Below are positions 19,847-27,935 of a DNA stretch of 57,606 bases, in pieces; the stretch's first letter is position 1; every line of letters starts with the position of its first letter. A program made the position numbers and the translations under genes. The notes beneath the pieces were generated by a model. The model saw only the letters and a list, made by a program, of their open reading frames with translations, did not search any database and had not been told where the DNA came from. Source of the stretch: an uncultured Holophagales bacterium (GTDB lineage Bacteria; Acidobacteriota; Thermoanaerobaculia; UBA5066); NCBI GenBank assembly GCA_964636395.1, contig CAZWRQ010000002.1, positions 1-57,606 of the forward strand. Reading direction: 5' to 3'.

Positions 19847-21054
19847 GCCATCACGAAGCGCACCCTCTCCCCGAGCCTCCCGGCCGCATCGCGCTCCCGG
19901 GCGCCGTCCAGGGCGTCGCGATCGCCCTCGTCCTCCTCGGCGGCGCCGCCCTCGGGTGGGCCTTCACGAAGGACGCGCAGCTCGCCTGGAGCAGCTACCT
20001 CATCGGCGCCTTCTTCGCGCTCGGCCTCGGCGTCTTCGGGGCCGCGTGGCTCGCGATCCTCTACCTCACCCGCGGCAACTGGTCGGTCACGATGCGCCGC
20101 ATCCCCGAGGCGATGACGGCCTGGCTCCTTCCCGGCGGCGTCCTCGCCCTCGCCGCCGGCCTCGGCGCGCACTCGCTCTACCACTGGTCGCACGCCGACG
20201 TCGTCGCGAGCGACCCGCTGCTCCTTCACAAGTCGCCCTTCCTGAACCTTCCGATGTTCTGGGCGCTCACGGGCGCGAGCCTCCTCCTCTGGGTCGTCTT
20301 CGGCGCGGCGCTCGTCGGCGTCTCGCGGAAGCAGGACCGTGAAGGAGGGATCGGGCCGTCGCGCACCGCGCGGACCCTCTCGGCCGTCTTCCTCGTCGTC
20401 TTCGCGCTGACCCTCTCGATCGTCAGCTTCTACTTCCTCATGTCGCTCGACGCCCACTGGTTCTCGACGATGTGGGCCGTCCTCGCCTTCACCGACGTCG
20501 TCCAGACGGGGACCGCGTTCGTGGCGATCGTCGCCGGCTGGCTCGTCCTGACCGGGCGCCTCCGGGGCTTCCTGAACGAGAACCACCTCCACTCGCTCGG
20601 GAAGATGGTCTTCGCCTCGACCGGCTTCTGGGCCTACATCTACTTCTGCCAGCACATGCTCATCTGGTACGCGAACATCCCCGAGGAGACGATCTACTTC
20701 ATCAAGCGCTCCTCGAACGGCTGGCTTCCCTGGCTCCTCCTCCTGCCGGTCGTGAAGTTCGTCGTACCGTTCCTCCTCATGCTCCCCCGCGACGCGAAGC
20801 GCAGCCCGCGCAAGCTCCTCCCGGCGGCTGCGCTCGTCGTCCTCGCCCAGTTCCTGGAGCTCTACGTCATGGTCGCCCCCGCGATGGGGCACGGCGAGCA
20901 CGCCGCCCACGCCCACCTTCCCGTCGTCGAGCTCGCTGCGACGCTCGGCTTCCTCGGCCTCTTCGTCCTCGTCTTCGGGTGGGCGCTCGCACGGCACGAA
21001 GCCGTGCCGCTGAAGGACCCGGCGCTCGCCGAGTGCCTCGACTACCATTCGTGA
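19843..21054 (+). CDS. actF: Alternative Complex III subunit ActF (second NrfD-like membrane subunit)
   Basis: ATG 19843 overlaps the actE stop (ATGA). It is a polytopic membrane protein in the conserved ActF position. Confidence 0.8.
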   Translation: MSHHEAHPLPEPPGRIALPGAVQGVAIALVLLGGAALGWAFTKDAQLAWSSYLIGAFFALGLGVFGAAWLAILYLTRGNWSVTMRRIPEAMTAWLLPGGVLALAAGLGAHSLYHWSHADVVASDPLLLHKSPFLNLPMFWALTGASLLLWVVFGAALVGVSRKQDREGGIGPSRTARTLSAVFLVVFALTLSIVSFYFLMSLDAHWFSTMWAVLAFTDVVQTGTAFVAIVAGWLVLTGRLRGFLNENHLHSLGKMVFASTGFWAYIYFCQHMLIWYANIPEETIYFIKRSSNGWLPWLLLLPVVKFVVPFLLMLPRDAKRSPRKLLPAAALVVLAQFLELYVMVAPAMGHGEHAAHAHLPVVELAATLGFLGLFVLVFGWALARHEAVPLKDPALAECLDYHS

Positions 21055-21061
21055 GCCTCCG

Positions 21062-21595
21062 ATGAAGCTCCGCGAAACCCTCCTCGGCCTCCTCGTCCTC
21101 GCCGCCCTCGCGGGCGGCATCTGGTGGGCCCGCGCGCGGAGCGGCGCGACGAACGCCCCGGCCGCCGAATCCTCCACTGCCCCGTCCGCCGCACCCGTCG
21201 ACCCGGCCACCCTCCCGGACGCCACCCTGGCCGACGCCTCCGTCGACCTGGGCGACGTCCGGCTCGTCCTCTCCGCCGACCGCCCCGTCGTCGCGTTCGC
21301 GAAGGCCCGCTTCCGCGTCCGCGCCGAGAAGGACGGGTCGGCGGTGCCGATCGGCGACGGCCGCCTCTCCTTCGAGATGGCGATGCCGATGGGCGACCAC
21401 CGATACAGTCTCGTCGGCGGAGAGGACGGGTGGCACGTCGTCGAGGCGGTCCTCCCGATGTGCAAGAGCGGGAAGAGGACCTGGTTCGCGACGCTCGAAG
21501 GGAACGTGGCCGGCCAGCCCCGGACCGCCCGCTGGCGGATCGACCTGACGCCCGCGGCGGAGGCGCCCGCGCCCCCGCCGGCATCTGCCCCTTGA
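21062..21595 (+). CDS. Membrane-anchored hypothetical protein with a FixH/YtkA-like Met-rich domain
   Basis: It starts 7 nt after actF. It has an N-terminal TM and the segment RLSFEMAMPMGDHRYSL, which resembles FixH/YtkA-type domains. The family is not established. Confidence 0.5.
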   Translation: MKLRETLLGLLVLAALAGGIWWARARSGATNAPAAESSTAPSAAPVDPATLPDATLADASVDLGDVRLVLSADRPVVAFAKARFRVRAEKDGSAVPIGDGRLSFEMAMPMGDHRYSLVGGEDGWHVVEAVLPMCKSGKRTWFATLEGNVAGQPRTARWRIDLTPAAEAPAPPPASAP

Positions 21596-22251
21596 TCGAG
21601 ACGGTCAGCCTCCTCGGCTTCCTCTCCCTCGGTCTCCTCGGGGGCTTCGGGCACTGCGTCGGGATGTGCTCGCCCTTCGTACTCTTCGTCTCGCGACGCT
21701 ACGTCGCGCCCGAAGCGGGACGCGCCGCGGCGTTCCGCGCGCAGCTCTGGTACACGGCGGGGCGCGTCCTCACCTACGCGCTCCTGGGCGCCCTCGCCGG
21801 AGCGCTCGGCGGCGTCGTCCAGCTCGCCGGAGCGCTCCTCGGCCTCCAGCGCGCCGCCTCCGTCGTCGCGGGCACCGTCCTCGTCCTCTGGGCGCTCGTC
21901 GCCCTCTCCGACCTCGTCCCCGGCCTCGAGTCCGGAGGGAGCCTCTTCGCGAAGGTCGCGGCACGGCTCAAAGGGCGCGTCCCCGGCCACCCGTTCGCCA
22001 TCGGCCTCTTCCTCGGCCTCCTCCCCTGCGGCCTCCTCTACTCCGCCGTCATCGCGGCCGTCGCCCGCGGCGGACCGCTCGAGGGCGCCCTCGCGCTCAC
22101 CCTCTTCGGCCTCGGCACCGCCCCCGCCCTCCTCGGCGTCTCCCTCGCCGACGAGCTCCTCGCCCGCCACCGCACCTTCGTCAACCGTCTCTCGCAGCTC
22201 TTCCTGCTGGCGATGGGAGCGTGGTTCCTCTGGACGGGGCTCCGGGGATAG
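21592..22251 (+). CDS. DsbD_2 / TauE-SafE-like membrane protein (HCxxMC motif) commonly linked to cco/cytochrome biogenesis clusters
   Basis: TTG 21592 overlaps the upstream stop (TTGA). It has a GFGHCVGMCSPF motif and about 6 TM helices. Confidence 0.65.
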   Translation: MIETVSLLGFLSLGLLGGFGHCVGMCSPFVLFVSRRYVAPEAGRAAAFRAQLWYTAGRVLTYALLGALAGALGGVVQLAGALLGLQRAASVVAGTVLVLWALVALSDLVPGLESGGSLFAKVAARLKGRVPGHPFAIGLFLGLLPCGLLYSAVIAAVARGGPLEGALALTLFGLGTAPALLGVSLADELLARHRTFVNRLSQLFLLAMGAWFLWTGLRG

Positions 22252-22358
22252 CTCGCCGGACAGCCCGGCCCGGAGCCCGCCCCCGCGCCCCGAAGCTCTC
22301 CGTCACTCGTTGAGCTCCGTCACGCTGGACCTTCCCGGCGCGCATCGGCGCCTCGGCC

Positions 22359-24125
22359 TCACGCGCCGGGAGCGCCCCGCACCCTCCCGAACGCGACCGT
22401 CGAGCGGAGAACCTCGAAGAGGATGCGGAGGCGGGAGACCTTCGTCGGCGCGTCGAGCTGACCCGCCAGGAACCGCCGCAGCGCCTCGCCACGGCGCATC
22501 TTGCCGCTCGAGGTGCGCGGGATCGTCCCCGGCGCGAGGAGACGGACCGTGTGGGGCCGGATGCCCGTGCGGGCCAGGATCGCGCGCCGGATCGCGTCGA
22601 TCGTCCGCTCGTCGTCGTCCCCCGGGTCGGTCGCGCGGGCGCGCTCGGCCAGGACGAGGAGCTGCTCGCCGTCCTCCCCGTCCGGGACGAACCCGAGCGC
22701 GACGGCGCACCCCGCGCGGACGGACTGCAGGCCCGCGAGGCACTCCTCGAACTCCTGCGGCAGGTGATTCGCCCCGCGGATGACGATGACGTTCTTCTCG
22801 CGGCCGCAAACGTAGAGCTCGCCCCCGGCGACGAAGCCGAGGTCCCCGGTGTCGAGCCAGCCGCCGGACAGGACGCTCGCCGTCGCGGCGGGCTGACCGA
22901 AGTACCCCGCCATCACCGAAGGCCCGCGCACGAAGATCCGCCCGACGCGGCGCTCGTCGAGCACGCGGCCGTCGGGATCGCGCACCTCGACGTCCGTGCC
23001 TGGGACCGGCGTCCCGACCGAGGCGATCGCCCGCGTCCCGTCGACGACGTCGCCCGTGGCCGCGAGCCGCACCGGGTCGACGTGGAGCGACCTCACCTCG
23101 CGGCCGGCGGGCGTGAAGGTGACGGCGAGCGCGGCCTCGGCCAGGCCGTAGACGGGCCGCAGGCTCCGCCGGTCGAGCCCGAACGGCTCGAAACGCCGGG
23201 CGAAATCGTCCAGCGAATCGGGAGAGACGGGCTCGGCGCCGCAGAGGGCGTGCCGCCACGAGGAGAGGTCGGCACCGGAGAGCTCCTCGTCCCGCACCTT
23301 CCGGGCGCAGAGCGCGAAGGCGAAGCTCGGCGCCACGGAGATCGTGGCGCGATGGCGGGCGATCGCCCGCAGCCAGAGGGCCGGTTTCGCCAGGAAGAGC
23401 TCGGGGGGCATCAGGACGAGCGGGCCCGGGTAGTAGACGGCCTGGAGGAGGCAGCCGATCAGGCCCATGTCGTGGTAGAGCGGCAGCCAGGAGACTCCCT
23501 TCTGCGGCACGGCGTCCTCCGCGGGGAGCAGCGCCCGGAGGGCCGCGAGCTGGGCCATCAGGCTCGCGTGCGAGAGGGCGACGGGACTGGGCTCCGCCGT
23601 CGACCCGGACGAGAACTGGATCAACCCGAGCGCGTCGGGCCCGACGACCGCCTCGAGCTCGCCGCCCTCGCCGAGCTCTTCCGGCGTGAGGCACCCGAGC
23701 GCCGGGCGGGAGGCCTCGATCGCCTTCCCGAGGAGCCTGCGGGCCGCCGCGTCGGCGAGGACGAGGCGCGAGCCGACCGTGGCGATCATCCTCGACGTCG
23801 CGGCGAGGTACTCGGCGAGCCGCCCGAGGCGGACCGGCGGGTAGAGCGGGACGGGCACGCCGCCGGCGAGGAGGACGCCGAAGAAGCAATCGACGAACGC
23901 GGGCGAGGTCGGGAAGACGAGCGCCACGCGATCGCCGGCCGCGACGCCCCGGGCCCGGAGCGCCCCGGCCGTTCGGCGCGCGCGCGCGTGGACCTCCGCG
24001 TACGAATGGAACGTCTCGCGCTCGGCGAGGTCGACGAACGTGAGGCCCGCTCCGCTCGTCGCGCTCGCGGCGAGGGTCTCGTTGACGGTGCCGTGCTTCG
24101 GCCCCGGGAGGGTCGGCCCGTTCAC
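22359..24125 (-). CDS. Fatty acyl-AMP ligase (FAAL-type adenylating enzyme)
   Basis: It is AMP-binding superfamily with a FAAL-like N-terminal region (DRVALVFPTSPAFVDCFFGVLLAGGVPVPLYPP). Its GTG start overlaps the ACP stop. Confidence 0.85.
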   Translation of the reverse strand: MNGPTLPGPKHGTVNETLAASATSGAGLTFVDLAERETFHSYAEVHARARRTAGALRARGVAAGDRVALVFPTSPAFVDCFFGVLLAGGVPVPLYPPVRLGRLAEYLAATSRMIATVGSRLVLADAAARRLLGKAIEASRPALGCLTPEELGEGGELEAVVGPDALGLIQFSSGSTAEPSPVALSHASLMAQLAALRALLPAEDAVPQKGVSWLPLYHDMGLIGCLLQAVYYPGPLVLMPPELFLAKPALWLRAIARHRATISVAPSFAFALCARKVRDEELSGADLSSWRHALCGAEPVSPDSLDDFARRFEPFGLDRRSLRPVYGLAEAALAVTFTPAGREVRSLHVDPVRLAATGDVVDGTRAIASVGTPVPGTDVEVRDPDGRVLDERRVGRIFVRGPSVMAGYFGQPAATASVLSGGWLDTGDLGFVAGGELYVCGREKNVIVIRGANHLPQEFEECLAGLQSVRAGCAVALGFVPDGEDGEQLLVLAERARATDPGDDDERTIDAIRRAILARTGIRPHTVRLLAPGTIPRTSSGKMRRGEALRRFLAGQLDAPTKVSRLRILFEVLRSTVAFGRVRGAPGA

Positions 24126-24418
24126 CGGGCTCCCCCGCCGCCGTCGTCCCGCGGTACGCCTCCGCCCCCCGCTTCGCAGACGGCACGCTCGACGACGCCG
24201 ACGAGCTCCTCGACGGACGTGACCGAGGCGGCCTCGATGCCCGTGAGCTTCACCCGGAAGCGGTCCTCGAGCGCCACGGCGAGGACGAGGGCGCCGAGAG
24301 AATCGACCTGGAGGTCGGTCGCGAGGCCGTGGTGCAGCTCGACCGGGCCGCGGAAATCGAGGTCGGTCGCGAGGGTCCGGCGGATCTCGGCGAGGACCTC
24401 CTCGCGAAGCTCAGCCAC
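24122..24418 (-). CDS. Acyl carrier protein
   Basis: 98 aa with the phosphopantetheine attachment motif LQVDSLGALVL. Confidence 0.85.
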   Translation of the reverse strand: MAELREEVLAEIRRTLATDLDFRGPVELHHGLATDLQVDSLGALVLAVALEDRFRVKLTGIEAASVTSVEELVGVVERAVCEAGGGGVPRDDGGGGAR

Positions 24419-24989
24419 GCGGACCTCCCGGCACGAGCCGTCTTCGCGCTTCGAAGGCCTCGGCGTACGCCCTTCCGAGGGCTCGCTCCTCCGCGGGAAT
24501 GCGGTGGGCGAGGAGCGCCGCGTTCAGGGCCGAGAAGACGGCCGCGGTGAGCCAGGCCCCGTGGACCAGGGGGACGGCGGCCATCTCGAGGACGACCGCG
24601 AGGTAGTTCGGGTGACGGAGGAAGCGATACGGACCGTCGGTCACCGGCTCCGCGCCCGGGAAGACGATGACCCGCGTGCTCCAGCGCTCTCCGAGCGTCG
24701 CGACGGCCCACCAGCGCAGCGCCTGGGCCCCGAGGGCCACCGCCAGCGCGGCGAAACCCGGGACGCCCGGGAAGGGCCGCGACAGGAGGAGGACCTCGGC
24801 CGCGCACGCGGCCGGGAAGAGCGCATGGACCCCGACCATGATCGCGTAGGCCCGGCGACCCGTCTCCACGCCGCCGGCCGCGAACGCCCGGCGGGCGTTC
24901 CGGCGCGAGACGACGAGCTCGGCGCCCCTCTCGCAGCCGAGGAGGAGGAGCAGGCCCAGGTAGAGCGCGGCGGAGTCGGGGAACGTCAC
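24411..24989 (-). CDS. ICMT-family (isoprenylcysteine carboxyl methyltransferase-like) membrane methyltransferase
   Basis: It has the motif RFLRHPNYLAVVLEMAAVPL...HRIPAEERAL and multiple TM helices. This is the same family as SrsB in alkylresorcinol clusters. Confidence 0.8.
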   Translation of the reverse strand: MTFPDSAALYLGLLLLLGCERGAELVVSRRNARRAFAAGGVETGRRAYAIMVGVHALFPAACAAEVLLLSRPFPGVPGFAALAVALGAQALRWWAVATLGERWSTRVIVFPGAEPVTDGPYRFLRHPNYLAVVLEMAAVPLVHGAWLTAAVFSALNAALLAHRIPAEERALGRAYAEAFEARRRLVPGGPRG

Positions 24990-25002
24990 GTCGATCGCAC
25001 CT

Positions 25003-26082
25003 CTACCACTCGAGGAGGACGAGCTCCGAGCAGAAGCCGGGGCCCATCGCCAGGAGGAGCCCGCGATCTCCCTTCACCGGCTCACCGGAGGCCAGGAGCT
25101 CTCCGAGGACGAAGAGGACGGACGCGGAGGAGAGGTTCCCGATCTCCCGGAGCGACTGCCAGGAACGGGCGAGGGCCGACTCGGGAAGAGAGAGAGCGCC
25201 CTCGAACGCCTGGAGCACCCGCGGGCCGCCGGTGTGCGCGATCCAGTGGCGGATCGCCGAGCGGTCGAGGCCGTGCGCGGCGAGGAAGGCGTCGACGTCG
25301 CGGGCCACGTTCTCGCGCACGACGTCGGGCACCCGGGCCGAAAGGACCACCTTGAAGCCCGAGTCGACGACGTCCCACCCCATGACACGCTCCGTGCCGG
25401 GGTAGAACGAGGAGGCGGACGCGACGAGGGCGGGGCCGGCTCCCGGGCCGCGCTCGCCGCCCGTCAGGACGACCGCGGCCGCGCCGTCGCCGAAGAGGCC
25501 GGACGCGATGATGTTCGGGATCGACAGGTCGTCCCGCTGGAGGGTCAGCGAGCAGAGCTCCACGGAGAGGAGGACGGCGACTCCGCCGGGCACGGCGGCG
25601 AGGAGGTCCGCGGCGCGCGAGAGCCCGGCCGCCCCGCCGGCGCAGCCGAGGCCGAAGAGGGGCGAGCGCCTCACGTCGCGCCGCAGGCCGACCCGGTCGA
25701 CGAGCCGGGCGTCGATGCTCGGGGTCGCGATTCCGGTCGTCGTCACGAAGACGAGGTGATCGACGTCGGAAGGCGAGAGCCGGGCCCGCGCGAGCGCGTC
25801 CCGGACCGCGATCTCGCCGAGGCCGACCGCGGCCGCGGTCCACGCTTCGTTGCGCTCGGCGAACGTCCGGAGGTCCGGATACGCCGCCAGCGGGAGCGCC
25901 AGGTGCCTGCCCGAGACCTGGACGGCCCTGTGGATCGCCTCCAGGCGCTCCGGGTTGAAGTGGGCCTCGCCCCAGGCCGCGCTCAGCGCGGCGGTGAGGC
26001 TCTCCTGGTCGGCGTAGTGCGCCGGCAGGGCCCGGCCCACGGCGCGGATGCGGGCAGGTCCACGGGCGTCTGCTTCGAGCAT
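25003..26082 (-). CDS. Type III polyketide synthase (chalcone/stilbene synthase family)
   Basis: It has the catalytic Cys context (LFGLGCAGGAAG), the His context (WIAHTGGPRVL) and the Asn context (GNLSSASVLFVL). Start set at internal ATG 26082 (359 aa); the ORF track extends to 26238. Confidence 0.9.
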   Translation of the reverse strand: MLEADARGPARIRAVGRALPAHYADQESLTAALSAAWGEAHFNPERLEAIHRAVQVSGRHLALPLAAYPDLRTFAERNEAWTAAAVGLGEIAVRDALARARLSPSDVDHLVFVTTTGIATPSIDARLVDRVGLRRDVRRSPLFGLGCAGGAAGLSRAADLLAAVPGGVAVLLSVELCSLTLQRDDLSIPNIIASGLFGDGAAAVVLTGGERGPGAGPALVASASSFYPGTERVMGWDVVDSGFKVVLSARVPDVVRENVARDVDAFLAAHGLDRSAIRHWIAHTGGPRVLQAFEGALSLPESALARSWQSLREIGNLSSASVLFVLGELLASGEPVKGDRGLLLAMGPGFCSELVLLEW

Positions 26083-26167
26083 TCCGGCAGAGCGTACGCG
26101 ACTTCGGCCGCCGGCACTCGTGGCGGCCGGCCCGGGAGGGACCGCGCCCTGCCGTTTCGGCCCCGAG

Positions 26168-26196
26168 CCGATCCGTACCGATTGCGTACGGATTGG
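26168..26196. promoter_or_regulatory. Imperfect 11-bp inverted repeat (core ATCCGTAC-N7-GTACGGAT) in the divergent promoter region between the type III PKS operon and the lipoprotein gene
   Basis: Read directly: CCGATCCGTACCGATTGCGTACGGATTGG. The 8-bp core arms at 26171-26178 and 26186-26193 are perfect. Confidence 0.35.
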
Positions 26197-26239
26197 CCAC
26201 GGACGCCCCAGTACAATTGCCTCAAACAGGAGGTCCACG

Positions 26240-26770
26240 ATGAAGTCGAAGCCCTACGCGCTCGTCCTCGGGGCGGTCGTCCTGATCGTCCTTTCCGCGG
26301 CCTGCCGCAAGCCCGCCGAGACGCCTCAGCCTGCGGCCGAAGCGCCCGCGGCCGAGGCCCCCGCCCCCGCCCCGCCGGCCGAGGCAGCTCCCGCGCCGGC
26401 CGCCGACGCTCTCCCCGACGCGCTCCCGGCCGACCTGACGACCGCCCCGGCGCTGAACGGGTTCGCGGTCGACCTGATGCTGAAGAACGTGCCGCCGAAC
26501 GTCTTCGCGTCGACGACCGCGACCGAGGAAGAGAAGGCGAAGGCGCGGAAGGCGCTGAAGCTCGCGGTGGAGGCGTACGGAAAGGCGATCGGCCTCTACG
26601 ACAGGAACGAGAGCTTCTACTACGGCCGCGCGCAGGCGCTCCACACGCAGTTCGTCGACACGAAGGACGCCGCGCTGAAGGAGAAGGCCCTCGCCGACCT
26701 CGACAAGGCGCTCGCGATCAACCCGAACCACAGCCCGGCGAAGGCGCTCAAGGAGCTGATCTCGAAGTAG
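26240..26770 (+). CDS. Lipoprotein with a TPR-like C-terminal domain
   Basis: ATG 26240 has AGGAGG at 26228-26233. It has a lipobox (VLSAAC), a Pro/Ala-rich linker and a TPR-like helical repeat (YYGRAQALH...LADLDKALAINPNH). Confidence 0.7.
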   Translation: MKSKPYALVLGAVVLIVLSAACRKPAETPQPAAEAPAAEAPAPAPPAEAAPAPAADALPDALPADLTTAPALNGFAVDLMLKNVPPNVFASTTATEEEKAKARKALKLAVEAYGKAIGLYDRNESFYYGRAQALHTQFVDTKDAALKEKALADLDKALAINPNHSPAKALKELISK

Positions 26771-26777
26771 CCGAAGG

Positions 26778-26807
26778 GCGGGGTGGGCCCGCCCGGGCTC
26801 ACCCCGC
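26778..26807. terminator. GC-rich hairpin between convergent genes (candidate bidirectional terminator)
   Basis: GCGGGGTG-G-GCCC...GGGC-T-CACCCCGC gives about 13 bp of stem. It overlaps the stop codon of the CoA-transferase gene. There is no clear U-tract. Confidence 0.4.
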
Positions 26808-27935
26808 GACCGCGGCGATCTCCTCCACCGAGAAGCCCATCTCGTGGAGGACCCGGTAGGTGTCGGCCCCGAGGGCTGGAGCGGGCGCGTGCGGGCGGCG
26901 CACCCCCGGCAGGCCCAGGAAGGCCGCCGGAGTCGCGAGGACGCCGCCGCCCGGCAGGGAGGTCCGCTCCATCCGCGAGGCGAGCTCCTCCCGCGCTGCC
27001 GGGACGTCGTTCACCGGCGTGAGCGGGATGCCGAGGGCCTCCGCGAGATCGAGCCACTCCGCGCGCGGCCGGGTGCCGAACACGGCGGCGAGCCGCCCGG
27101 CGGCGTCGGCCCCCGCCGCGCCCGTGTCGAGGCCGTCGGCCGCGTGGTCGGAAAGGCCGGTCATCTCGCAGAGGGCGACCCAGAACTTCGGCTCGAGCGC
27201 GCCGAGGGCGATTCGCGCGCCGTCTCCGCAGCGATAGGTCCTGTAGGAGGGGCACTTCCCCGCGAGGAGGCCCTCGAGGACGCCGCCGCCCCCGGCCCCG
27301 AGCTCGGCGAAAGCCCACGTCAGGAACGGGAGGGGCCCGGAGACGAGCGGCTGGTCGACGTGGACGCCGCGCCCGGTCCGCACGCGCAGGAGGAGCGCGG
27401 CGAGAGTGGAGGAGGCCGCGAGGAGCCCCGCGGAAACGTCGGCCACCTGGACGCGCGGCTGCTCTCCGGCCGGGAGCTCGGAGAGGAACCCGGTGACGGC
27501 TGTGAAGTTCAGGTCGTGGCCGATGCGCGACGCCTCATGCCCCTCGGTCCCGAAGCTCGTGAGGGAGACGGCGACGAGCCCGGGGTTGAGGGCGGCGAGG
27601 CGCTCGTATCCGAGGTCCCAGCGCTCCAGCGTGCCGGGACGGAAGCTCTCGACGAGGACGTCGGCGTGCCGGACGAGCCGCCGGAGGGCGGCCGACCCGG
27701 CGGGGCTCTTCAGGTCGAGGGCCACCGATTCGACGCCGCGGAAGAAGGCGAGGAAGCCGGCGCCGATGCCGCCGACGACCGGCGGAGTGACGCGCATCGG
27801 GTCGCCCGAGTGGGGGTCCTCGATCTTGATCACGCGCGCGCCGAGGTCGACGAGCGTCCGGACGAGGACCGCGCCCGGGAGCATCCGCGAGACGTCGAGG
27901 ACGATCGTCCCCTCGAGCGGGAGCGGCGCGGTCAC
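26799..27935 (-). CDS. Family III CoA-transferase (CaiB/BaiF; alpha-methylacyl-CoA racemase-like)
   Basis: GTG 27935 overlaps the upstream stop. The N-terminal region (LEGTIVLDVSRMLPGAVLVRTLVDLGARVIKIEDP) is typical of the family. Confidence 0.85.
   Translation of the reverse strand: MTAPLPLEGTIVLDVSRMLPGAVLVRTLVDLGARVIKIEDPHSGDPMRVTPPVVGGIGAGFLAFFRGVESVALDLKSPAGSAALRRLVRHADVLVESFRPGTLERWDLGYERLAALNPGLVAVSLTSFGTEGHEASRIGHDLNFTAVTGFLSELPAGEQPRVQVADVSAGLLAASSTLAALLLRVRTGRGVHVDQPLVSGPLPFLTWAFAELGAGGGGVLEGLLAGKCPSYRTYRCGDGARIALGALEPKFWVALCEMTGLSDHAADGLDTGAAGADAAGRLAAVFGTRPRAEWLDLAEALGIPLTPVNDVPAAREELASRMERTSLPGGGVLATPAAFLGLPGVRRPHAPAPALGADTYRVLHEMGFSVEEIAAVAG

Noticed and set aside
25003-26238. 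N-terminal extensions offered by the ORF track for several genes: type III PKS to 26238, ccoNO to 5328, lipoprotein to 26048, msrBA to 50264, decahaem to 54329, kinase to 36699.
   Set aside because: The extensions are low-complexity, lack an SD and in some cases run into the neighbouring gene. Internal ATG/GTG starts with an SD or stop-start overlaps give family-typical lengths.
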